From a virus: a stretch of 64,000 nucleotides of DNA. Made by a program: the position numbers and the translations under genes. The notes under the pieces were generated by a model. That model was not told the origin of the DNA. It saw nothing but the letters and a program-made list of their open reading frames with translations, and searched no databases. The first letter of the stretch is position 1, and each line of letters begins with the position of its first letter. Of this stretch, positions 47,701-56,200 are shown one piece after another. Location of the stretch: IMG/VR virus record IMGVR_UViG_3300045988_177924; one strand, written 5' to 3'.

Positions 47701-50700
47701 CGGTTGATTATGAGAAAAAAATAGCTGAACAAAAAGCTCTTGAGGAACAATTAAATAAAGTTCAAACAGAGCAAGGCGAAGAATCAACCGTGTTTAAGAA
47801 ACTCACACAATATTACAACAATCTTCTCGAAGAAATTAAGGCTCTGGAAGAAATTCGCAAACGACAGGTTCAAGAATTAAAACTTACCAAAGGTATGAAG
47901 GGGTCGGTGACACGCACGACTCGCAATCAAGTTCAACAACTTCTCGAAACGGGAGATTTACACTTTGGGTATGAAAAAATTCTAAAAGATGATGAGAAAC
48001 AGCGCTTACTTGCCCAAAAGCAACGAGAAGCCGTATTGAACCAGTACAAACGCTATAACGATCAGATTGCTAAGACGGAAAAGGACATGTTGGTTTTGGA
48101 CAAACAATCTAGAACCACACCGAGTAAACTCGAAAGAGGAATTCAAGCCGATAGAGGACAAATTGATATACTAAAGGCTGAACTCAAAGAGTTAGTTGAA
48201 AAACGTAATCTGCTTGTTGAAAACAATAAATTGACACAGGCAGAAACCGCCGAAGCCGATGCTCAACTTCAAACCAAGAGAGAATTAAACAGGCTTAAGG
48301 TTGCTGGAATGGCCAAGGGCGCCGGGAATTGGTTAGATGTTATTGGAAGTGGTGTTAAAAATACCATTACGAGAATGTTCGATTACAATGGTGTATATCG
48401 TATTCTGAATCGTATAACACAAGGTTTGCGTCAGCTTGTGCAACAGGTAAATGAGCTTGATGTTGCAATGTTCAACTTGCAAGTTGTTAGTGGTGACAGT
48501 CGTCAAGAAGTTTCAGCATTAATTAATGATTATGGCAAACTTGCTCAACAATTACACACTACTACAACTCAAATTGCTGCTTCGGCAAACGAGTGGCTTA
48601 GACAAGGTTATGAAGCAGGACAGGCTAACGAGCTGATCAAAGCTTCAACATATTTGAGCAAATTAGGCATGATTGAGGCTGGCCAAGCTACAACTTATTT
48701 GACGTCTATGATCAAGGGCTTCAAATTAGAGGCTGCCGACGCAGTTAATATTGTTGACAAGTTAACCGCTGTTGATATGGAAGCGGCTGTTAGCGCTGGT
48801 GGTATTGCTGCAGCAATGCAAAACGTTGCAACAACTGCTCAGTTAGCGGGGTTATCCATTGATAAAACAATTGGTTACTTGTCAACCATGATTGAAGTTA
48901 CCCAACGAGACCCTTCCTCTATGGGTATGGCTTTGCGCACGGTTTTAGCGCGTTATGGTAATGTTAAAGCAGGGACTTTCACAAATATGACGGGTATAGA
49001 AAGTTCCGATGCTGATTTAGAAAATGTTAACGATATTGAAAAAGTTTTAGGCAAAGTAGGAATACGCATTCGCGAAAATGCACAAGAGTTTAGAGATTTC
49101 GGAGACGTAATTGATGAACTGAGTGAAAAGTGGCAAAAATACGATTCTGTTACTAAAAACGCGATTGCTACTGCTATGGCTGGTGTTCGTCAACGTGAAT
49201 CTTTCTTGGTTTTAATGGAAAACAAAGATAGGGCTGACGAGTTGGAAGATGTGTCATCTTTATCAAAGGGCACCGCCGACACAAAATATGCTGCTTACCA
49301 ACAGACGTTAATGGCAGCAAAGGCCGATTTACAGACGTCACTACAAAGTTTGGCAAAATCAATACAAGACAGCGGATTACTTATTGCCTTTACCAAGTTG
49401 GCTAATATTTTGATTAAAACGGTTGTTCCTGGGTTTAACGCGCTTGCTTCTATGCTATGGGCGCGAAATTCGTTTAAACTAACAGAACAAATCAAATATA
49501 GTTTAAACCAACGTAAAACAACTTCCGCAGCCTCTCTCGGATTTTTTGCACAAAAAACACAACAAGAAGCATTAAGAAGACAAGAGTGGCAACAGGAGTT
49601 TTATAAAAAGAAAGAGGGCACTAATCAAACGTATGTTGACAGGTTATTGGGGAAAACATCACCCAAGACTGCGCTTTCGTCGTTTACTAATGTGTTGAAT
49701 GATGCGTCTACAGCAGTACGTGGTTTTACGGGTGCCATAAATGGCTCACCGGTTCAGTCCACAACCTCTTCTCAAGCACCATCGAAGACGCCTGTGGTAG
49801 ATCCAAGGCGTCTGGTGTATACCGAGGCCGGCGAGTGGCCTAGTGTAGATGAATACGCCAAAGGTTCTAGGTTTAGACGCCTTAATAGGGCAAAAATTCG
49901 TAAAGATTTACAAAGCGGTCGCATAACCACTGTTGACGCGAGCAATATTAAACAAAAATATAAACAAATAGCAAAAGAAGATCGACAACAAGCCAAAGCA
50001 CTTTTAGGCCAGCAAATTACAGGGAACGTAGCAGGTGCGGTTGGCGCCGGTGTCACCTCTGCATTAACCACGGGGTTTAACCAAGAGGGTTCCGCAGGGG
50101 CGAAGGCGACTGCTGGAGTTACAGCTGGTGCTTTGACAGGTGTTGGTGCATTATTTGGTCCAATGGGAGCGGTTATAGGTTCCACTTTGGGTTCAATATT
50201 GGGACCGGTTTTTGCTAAATTGGTTGACAAAGAAGAAAACGAACGTAAACAACGTGCAGAAGCAGCTCAGAAACAATTGGACGCTTTAAATTCATTAAAC
50301 AATACATTTGATGAAGTGCATGATTATACCGAGAAAGAGTATTTAACTTCAGAGGCCATTTTAGCTATTAAAGAGCGAGTTGACTCTATTGACGAGCAGA
50401 TGGCTACAAGTGGTTTAAGTTTCGACGATTATCTTAAACAAGCTGCTACCCAACTTGGATTGGGTGAGGATTTTCAAACTATAGAAGATATTCGTGAGCT
50501 ATTAACCGCTGCTGATGAGAAAACTCGTCAAAAGGCACAAGAGGTGTTTGACTTAGCCCAAAGTATGGCCAAAGTACAAACAACGCAAGAGTCCAAGGCA
50601 GTGTCGGATATGTCATATGATGAGAAGAGAGTTTATTGGCGGGCATTAGACAAAGAGTATATTAAACAAGCGTTTATTACATCTGGTCTGGAGCAAATGT

Positions 50701-53105
50701 CGCTTCGTCAGTTGTCTCAAACAAATCTTGATGACGCAATCAAACAAGTTGCCGCACAATTTGAAAAATTGGAACTTACGCCCAAGTCGTTTGCTCTTTA
50801 TGACTCGAAAGGAAATGTGACAGAAGAGGCTGCGAAGTATATTACCGATCAATTGCGTAAATCCGACAGGATGCAGGAGTTACTGCAAGGTTCTGTTTTG
50901 ACGCTTTCTGAGGCTTTACAGGATAAGGACAAAAACGCCAATGTGATAGAATCTTTTGCGTCGGCTTTGGGGGTTTCAACGACGCGTCTTGAAGAGATGT
51001 CGAAGCAACTGGGGGCGCTTAAATTATCTGATTTGGTTAAATCCTCTTCTCAGTTACGCGAAATGCTCAACGGGTTGTACAGCATTCTAGACAGTTATTA
51101 CGAAACGGGGTATTTGGACTTAGATGCTCAGGAAAAAATTATTTCTAATTATCCCGAATATGTTGATTTCATTTCAGATCCCAGCAAGATTGTTGACCAC
51201 ATCAACCAAATAACGGCGGGTGTGAAAGAGTTGCATATAAGAAACTCTTTAAACGATTGGGCAAAAAACGAAAAAAATGCCGAGATTTACGTACGTGATT
51301 TTCTCAAGAGTTACCAAAATGGTGATTACAAAGGCTTGTTTACGGACAAAAGGTATTTTGGCGAACTTAGTACTCCCGAACAAATGCTTCAGCGCATCGA
51401 GCTCCTGCTCAACGCCGATGACGAGAACGAGGCTGTTTTAAATGCCGTAAAAAACAATATTACACAAGGTATGAAGAACCATGAGGCTATAGCTACAGCT
51501 TTAGCCGAACAGCTAGATAATTCTAAGAAACTTGAAAGTGTCAATAAGTATTTGGATAAATCTTATGAAAAACAAATTAACGCACTAGAAGAACAAAAAT
51601 CTGCACTAGAGCAAATCAACAGTCAACGGGAATATGAAAATAAACTTATTGAGGCTAAAATTAAACTTGAGAACGCTCAAAACGAAAAGAAGAAAGTGTG
51701 GAGAGAAGGCGTTGGTTGGGTTTACGAAGCAGATACTGCCGCAATCGCAGATGCTCAAAAAGAGTTGGAAGATTTGGACAATGAGAAAAAAATTAACGAA
51801 TTACAAACTCAAATTGATGAACTGCAGGCACAGCGCGAATATCTTGGGGACATTGCCAGTACCCAAGAGCTTGAGGGATTAAAAAAGGTTTATGAAAGTT
51901 GGCAAAAAGAAATAGGTATTAGTAACACAGGACAGGCACAGGCATTACATTATTTTGCTGAGGCTTATACCAAAATTCAACGACTAAACCTTGATACAAC
52001 TCAAACAGGCTCCGACGGCAAGAAGACAGAGGATTATTTAAAAAATATCTCGGATAAACGCATTGAAGCCTTGGGTGCTGCCAAGGGAGCTTTTGAAGCA
52101 GGCATCACTGAAGCACCAGCATCGCGACAAGATTATACAGTAGCCGCTGTTGAGCAAGTTAACAAATACAATAGTAAACTATCAGATTTTAAAAAAAGTG
52201 CTGATAAGTATTTGGAAGCTGGCGGTTCAAAAGAAGAATTGGCAAAAGAACTGGGGCTTACAACGGATGATAAAGGGACTGCAGTAGACAAACTCGACGC
52301 AATGCTAAATCGTGAAGAAGTGAAATTGGCGCCTGTTCGAGGAGCATATTTTGACTGGGATGGGCGGAAAAATATTTATGCGACTTGGCAACCGAGTCAA
52401 ACCACCGATGCAGGGTGGAAAAAAGCCAAATCCAAAGACACGTACGTTTTACTAAACGGTGGAAAATGGGCTCGTGTAGATCAAGCGTTTGGCATTTCGG
52501 AAAACAAAGGGTTGGACGACCCTAAATATGCTGGGCTATTTTTTGTTGAACTTAAGGGCAAAGATCAACTTTTTTGGAATTCTGGGAATGGCATGTACAA
52601 AGCCTCTTTAAACGAAAAGGATTATGCGCAGACCCAAGGTGTTGATGATAGCGCGCCCGTTTCGTTCCCTACTCTAGAGGGCGGTTTTAACAAAGGTTAC
52701 GATCTCGATCGCACTAAAAAATGGTTAGCATTAGAAGGCTTTGGGGCACACGCCGATGGTACTCTATCTACCGCCGGTGGCCTCTCTCTCGTCAATGACG
52801 ATCCTCAATATGGTCTTGAAGGCATCATTACTCCTCAAGGTACTTTGACGGCTCTTCCGTCGAAGTCTGGAGTTGTTCCCGCCGACCTTACGCGCAACGT
52901 ATGGCAACTGGGCGAGGTTGCTCCTAACCTGATTAAACAACTTGTGGACATCAATGGCAAGTTCAGTCACACAACAGGGTTCGGAACCGACGAATCGTTT
53001 AATGTTGAACATCTGGATGTTCATATGGTTGCTCAACCTGGGTTTGATATGGATGACTTTGTGCGACAACTTCAAGCTGCACGTAATCTCACAAGACATT
53101 CTTAA
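41778..53105 (+). CDS. giant 3775-aa virion protein: N-terminal two-barrel RNAP-like region fused to a TP901-type tape measure domain
   Basis: Single uninterrupted ORF.
- Beta-like motif TGKEVVRAHTGTKANSAYG (around nt 43780-43830).
- Beta-prime-like motif LGRQPYSQAINLQYG...(39 aa)...IMGDFDGDKLY (RQP at nt 45450-45458, DFDGD at nt 45567-45581).
- TP901-family TMP core NELDVAMFNLQVVSGDS...TYLSKLGMIEAGQATTYLTSMIKGF...AAMQNVATTAQLAGLS (around nt 48440-49000).
- Gly/Ala-rich hydrophobic segment (around nt 50020-50220).
- Long coiled coils. Confidence 0.8.
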   Translation: MEGMDYTPILTSVGSADSAIIAMLEDSQLTAENLGTTAAYLTDTLKTTTDKQLEAAVQQQKITQAQQKALAWIRDNFEQFPGEVRKTLKDTFSSLSTQMAKLPPAVVHEATRTLVLPLVDKIIGSLNDEEIGRLAMAKINQGLGVDNLNKYSAGYRAIFEQINKEYKSVLKDSTDLSEQFKKAKKALANTTLADFSSTSGSPAVNREIATLLDMAKKAKQQKNPDYNPTITNKDVTGSARRVTKVAEKIQQNAFSTQKEAESIILQYFDPKKLTQEGKNRAKQAAEYAANMQKAGYGVSFAQDNGSQEIKVIVYDKNSVNAFDRKGRVNRQNAAIASFAVGGLDKRNDDYVIDQAKRVKVSDAEAQKFVEMSQHAPKTIASARKRIGDIKNETVHKSTSKFDRQDNLYGVGADKALVESRTRFENEAKRLAKFEKDQGSTMTESELVKLFSQMFVSFAGFGERDIGVQKSLRDQQMKNGLSDAVIREFNKNFSWLPLVGSMGEEDSGHYRLWGAKEMKDKMALVTRKIQGRDIQPYAKQGKPERVQNIEVDVNRLFDQVDDLLNSADDKKREAAQLLDKNRDLIEGLVDGMALVSKDQIQNLDTIREGVSVKISKADLFKYGLKGKKKKSAENRRKAYQKLLAAEGREATDDNVDFYIDPETGDVTLTGKEVVRAHTGTKANSAYGNLRVVYREVVPEVIKAISTITGVELMPEKDSRATVVSAREETSSRNIGPLVTRAIDNAINELDKSQIEASVNKLGTTNLSTNIGQALVDVLLKKLSFSDALDKYVGSNVSARTKFTGETLYLLDELTGGKNGYEIVDGKLQTKALASSFTDVVGARYGEYEPRGAASLPTNWEVEDLERSARAAGVEITPENSDFLRTVQLVAFGATANDIEEKKKLIRDYNEHIERQAQLIGSRAGLNPDYINRNAGVNTIVVGSKDIYGNQAHFIDINALRRTEKLDNGQSDPEQRGETIWGKLDEQLQSIDQTQAKILVDLGADMGEARYFDLGKYTDEIGDYNESLESLLDAVRTGKTASEKKDLLTAVLKAEAYNFENTGGAVNEQFLAKMARHQEEARKAAQERYDKKYKKRLAYSTFYGENTNIVATDTTNEVDALQERMKDSGTYVDKEHIRASVALGLNAYKGDDNDAFVKNLAQYLQLFAEQGQDKAIESALANQNFKNFAEMVDFATNIFTTGTSEHENFYGGTNPILSRGVEAVLGRQPYSQAINLQYGGLVFGKEGLGTNVIESNRGLNKLIMGDFDGDKLYTALVQLRQAAQLIGATSEQFGWLDETLERVKRYNEFLYRVIGKNIPAITSSDADSSVILDLAKNQVLNDKQMAIVRSYQNQAKDKTGNWSNVAKGARNVLELQKLGTGAVVGGDLNSTIDFIKGSFVFEALEQAEQNAISSKKLWDVAIQDMQTTLGSDLDKVDEQTFAEQLDKSFNIAINKVIDEVYKNKANVNDVIQAGAEQGIYKDNKLEAWRSQRILGTLAMSKNVSAYKALEESGISPGDLEAIAQIVKPGRNWESFRGQQGDFQSQLLDQLNQGAFNQFGFSVDTLKAFGGNLDDDFLAQAKQAHGRFREETGPTGLGTAAGELIKAINKLTVAETKVDKTGFDPKIVSILEEIRDLLAKQGRGGLNGRYGQTYMTPTGIVSSLNPSSIDESAWGYLQGRMLGFKGSNIDWTKLNVKEKAKQFGYADIEQFKQDREGVVSTFIGTLAHAFSEGEIKQDPEIFKQATKDFTQALSMLFDKKDVDKYLLVANEYAQRGYNAYDRLAGPDAYRAAEERVRLNENSDVVKGKTDAIYTSKRMAESGQEYQVFNVVDFKNKAKVDANSIEQVLIYVEMYRRIKQDLDKLVREIGEDAALEKMSKQTLLSADTLRQLHESLDVSAQIVQNYQGKTKVYDVANVPRDIAQALVEGRSLTAEQQKIINNAATASSPLTQTMSPDFQKKYYKLTGEIFGVDGYSKNTVDYEKKIAEQKALEEQLNKVQTEQGEESTVFKKLTQYYNNLLEEIKALEEIRKRQVQELKLTKGMKGSVTRTTRNQVQQLLETGDLHFGYEKILKDDEKQRLLAQKQREAVLNQYKRYNDQIAKTEKDMLVLDKQSRTTPSKLERGIQADRGQIDILKAELKELVEKRNLLVENNKLTQAETAEADAQLQTKRELNRLKVAGMAKGAGNWLDVIGSGVKNTITRMFDYNGVYRILNRITQGLRQLVQQVNELDVAMFNLQVVSGDSRQEVSALINDYGKLAQQLHTTTTQIAASANEWLRQGYEAGQANELIKASTYLSKLGMIEAGQATTYLTSMIKGFKLEAADAVNIVDKLTAVDMEAAVSAGGIAAAMQNVATTAQLAGLSIDKTIGYLSTMIEVTQRDPSSMGMALRTVLARYGNVKAGTFTNMTGIESSDADLENVNDIEKVLGKVGIRIRENAQEFRDFGDVIDELSEKWQKYDSVTKNAIATAMAGVRQRESFLVLMENKDRADELEDVSSLSKGTADTKYAAYQQTLMAAKADLQTSLQSLAKSIQDSGLLIAFTKLANILIKTVVPGFNALASMLWARNSFKLTEQIKYSLNQRKTTSAASLGFFAQKTQQEALRRQEWQQEFYKKKEGTNQTYVDRLLGKTSPKTALSSFTNVLNDASTAVRGFTGAINGSPVQSTTSSQAPSKTPVVDPRRLVYTEAGEWPSVDEYAKGSRFRRLNRAKIRKDLQSGRITTVDASNIKQKYKQIAKEDRQQAKALLGQQITGNVAGAVGAGVTSALTTGFNQEGSAGAKATAGVTAGALTGVGALFGPMGAVIGSTLGSILGPVFAKLVDKEENERKQRAEAAQKQLDALNSLNNTFDEVHDYTEKEYLTSEAILAIKERVDSIDEQMATSGLSFDDYLKQAATQLGLGEDFQTIEDIRELLTAADEKTRQKAQEVFDLAQSMAKVQTTQESKAVSDMSYDEKRVYWRALDKEYIKQAFITSGLEQMSLRQLSQTNLDDAIKQVAAQFEKLELTPKSFALYDSKGNVTEEAAKYITDQLRKSDRMQELLQGSVLTLSEALQDKDKNANVIESFASALGVSTTRLEEMSKQLGALKLSDLVKSSSQLREMLNGLYSILDSYYETGYLDLDAQEKIISNYPEYVDFISDPSKIVDHINQITAGVKELHIRNSLNDWAKNEKNAEIYVRDFLKSYQNGDYKGLFTDKRYFGELSTPEQMLQRIELLLNADDENEAVLNAVKNNITQGMKNHEAIATALAEQLDNSKKLESVNKYLDKSYEKQINALEEQKSALEQINSQREYENKLIEAKIKLENAQNEKKKVWREGVGWVYEADTAAIADAQKELEDLDNEKKINELQTQIDELQAQREYLGDIASTQELEGLKKVYESWQKEIGISNTGQAQALHYFAEAYTKIQRLNLDTTQTGSDGKKTEDYLKNISDKRIEALGAAKGAFEAGITEAPASRQDYTVAAVEQVNKYNSKLSDFKKSADKYLEAGGSKEELAKELGLTTDDKGTAVDKLDAMLNREEVKLAPVRGAYFDWDGRKNIYATWQPSQTTDAGWKKAKSKDTYVLLNGGKWARVDQAFGISENKGLDDPKYAGLFFVELKGKDQLFWNSGNGMYKASLNEKDYAQTQGVDDSAPVSFPTLEGGFNKGYDLDRTKKWLALEGFGAHADGTLSTAGGLSLVNDDPQYGLEGIITPQGTLTALPSKSGVVPADLTRNVWQLGEVAPNLIKQLVDINGKFSHTTGFGTDESFNVEHLDVHMVAQPGFDMDDFVRQLQAARNLTRHS

Positions 53106-53123
53106 TGTATTTTAACTTATTTC

Positions 53124-53157
53124 ACGCAGATTCCCCATTTATTAGGGGATTCTGCGT
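53124..53157 (+). terminator. long hairpin after the giant gene (terminator-like; weak T-tract)
   Basis: acgcagattcccc / ggggattctgcgt, 13 bp with one mismatch. Confidence 0.4.
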
Positions 53158-53272
53158 TGAAATAATAAAATCTTCATTTTATTTGAAGGTTGATAACGAG
53201 TTTTTAGCGACGTTCTCGAAAAAACGTCTCTTCCAAAATACTTTAGGGGGCTTAGTCCCGAAGGAGTGAAAC

Positions 53273-56200
53273 ATGAGTTATAAATTAACCCAAACGGGGC
53301 AAAAAGTTCAAGAACTGCTCAATCAGATGCAGAACGATGGGCAATCACAAGTCACTGATGCGGTGTTGTATTCTGAGCAGGCTCTCAATGAAAAAGAACA
53401 AGCACAAGCAAGGAAAAATATAGGGGCCGCTGCTGAAAATCAAATTCCCACCGGAGCGGTGTTGTATTCCCAACAACAAAACCTCACAGGTGACCAACAA
53501 GCGCAAGCGAGAACTAATATTGGTGTGCCTAACAAGGTAAGTGAATTAGAAAATGATGCTCACTACATTACCGAAAGCCAAGTGCCCATTGCTCTTCCTC
53601 AAAAAACTGGAGCTATACAAAGTGGTGTCTTACCCACATCTGGGTGGAGCACCTTTGACAAAGAGTGGGTACAAACCACACTACCTGCAAATAGAAGGTG
53701 GCATGATGTGGCCTATGGCGACGGTAAATTTGTCGCGGTTGCAAGTGATAGTGACAAAGGTGCATACTCAACTGATGGTATAAGTTGGACAGAAATGAGT
53801 ATGCCTGCAAACCGTGATTGGTACAGCGTAACATACGGTAACGGTAAGTTTGTTGCGGTCGCACTTGGAACAGATAAAGGTGCATACTCTACCGATGGTA
53901 TAAACTGGACAGAATTCACAATGCCCGCAAGCCGTGATTGGCGAAGCGTAACCTATGGCGACGGCACGTTTGTTACAGTAGCACATAATAGTTCCGTGGG
54001 CGCATACTCGCCTGACGGCATCACTTGGACTACAACGACTTTGCCCGCAAATCGATATTGGTACAGTGTAACCTATGGCAACGGAAAGTTTGTTGCGGTC
54101 GCAGAAAATTACAATAGTAGCGCGTGTGATAAAGGGGCATGTTCTAATGACGGAATAAATTGGGTTGAAGTTACTTTACCCGCACGCCAACGGTGGCGGT
54201 GTGTAGCCTATGGCAGTGGTAAATTTGTTGCGATGGGGCTAGATTCTAGATACGGAGCATACTCAACTGATGGCATCAATTGGGGGCGAATGTCTTTGTC
54301 TGCAAGCCGTAGTTGGCTCAATATAACATATGGCGATGGTAGATTCGTGTCGCTGGCGAGTAGTAGCGAAAAAGGTGCATACTCTACTGACGGCATAAAT
54401 TGGGTTGAATTTACTTTGCCTTCGACGGAATTTTGGAGTGGTGTAACCTACGGCAATGACAAGTTTGTAGCCGTGGCGTCACAGACCAACAAAGGGGCAA
54501 GTGGCCCAAAAGTAACCTATTTAATTACCGACACTTTCATAACCGCCAACAGTGATATCCTTATGGAACTCACAGATGAAGGCGGAGTAAAGTCCTATTC
54601 AATGGAAGCAGGCAAGATAACGGTTATCCGCGACACAGTGCCTACACAGCCTATCCCGTACACCTACAAGGTCAAGCAGACGAACGCAAGCGGGCAGTTT
54701 ACTTTGGTAAACCACTATGTGCCCCAAAAGGTAAGCGAATTCGAAAACGATGCGCATTATGTCACCCAAAACCAGGTGCCAGTTGCTCTTCCTCAAAAAA
54801 CTGGTGTAATACAAAGTGGTGTCTTACCAACAACCGGGTGGAGTCCGTTTGATGGAGACTGGCAAGACACAACGATGCCTTGGGAGCAACCCTGGAACGA
54901 TGTGGCCTATGGCGATGGCAAATTTGTCGCTATAGCCGAACAAACATCACGCGGAGCTTATTCTGAAGATGGTATAACATGGAAACAAATGAACATGCCA
55001 GTTTCGGCCTATTGGAGCAGTATAGCTTATGGTAACGGGAAATTTGTTGCTGTTTCGTACAATCATTCAACAGTGAGTGCTTATTCGCTCGACGGTGTAA
55101 ATTGGACTCAAACAACGATGCCTGCGAGCGCCAACTGGTGTAGCGTGATTTATGGGGCGGATAAATTTGTTGCGGTTGCCAATCCAAGCGATCGTGCGGC
55201 ATACTCTTTAGACGGCATCACTTGGGTTGAGACAACGATGCCATCTAATTCTCCTTGGCTCGACATCGCATATGGTAATAATAAATTTATTGTAGTTAGT
55301 TATGAAGGGGGTAATTTAGCTTACTCAAACGATGGAATCACTTGGGAACAAACCACCATGTTTCCATATGCCGGCTGGAGAAGCGTTGCTTATGGCAATG
55401 GCGTATTTGTAGCTGTTGAACGTGACAGTAATAATGCGGCCTATTCTTCCGACGGGATCAACTGGACGATGACAAAATTGCCAGCAAGCGGGTTTTGGGG
55501 GCATGTGGTCTATGGTAATGGTTTGTTTGTGGCAACCATAGGAGATGGCTCTGCCGCCGCGTATTCTCGCGATGGTATTAATTGGACTTCGTTAGGTAAA
55601 ACAACTAGGGATTATTGGGATGTGGCCTATGGTGATGGCAAATTTGTTGCTGTGTTTTATGGCCAAGAGGGGGCATATTTAAAAATTGCTCCTGGGGTTG
55701 TGTACACTATTCGTGATAATTCGATTACAGAGACTAGTGATGTGTTAATGGAAGTGTCAGACAGTGGACAGATTCAAGCACACGGAATTTCAAAATATAA
55801 CATCACTATTATTCGTGACACAGAGCCCACAGCTTCAATTCCATACACTTACAAAGTTAAGGAGACAAATAATCAAGGGCAGTTTACCATTGTTAATAAC
55901 TATTTGCCAGACATCCCCACAAAGGTGAGTCAATTAGAAAATGATGCCCACTATATTACCGAATCTCAGGTTCCTACTAAAATTAGCCAATTCGCGAATG
56001 ATATGGATTATGCCACTGTAGGGCAAATACCGACAAAAGTGAGCCAACTTAATAACGATCAGAATTTCACTGATAACATTGGTACCATCACCCAAATTAA
56101 AATTAACGGCAAAGTTAAAAATCCACAACCTAGTGGTCTCATCGATTTGGGCAATATTACACCAGAGCCTACGGATTGGACAACGGTGCCTATCACTACG

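Noticed and set aside
49772-50230. 152-aa minus-strand ORF opposite the Gly/Ala-rich part of the tape-measure region
   Set aside because: It is an antisense artefact of a GC-rich, repetitive Gly/Ala-coding segment, with no RBS.
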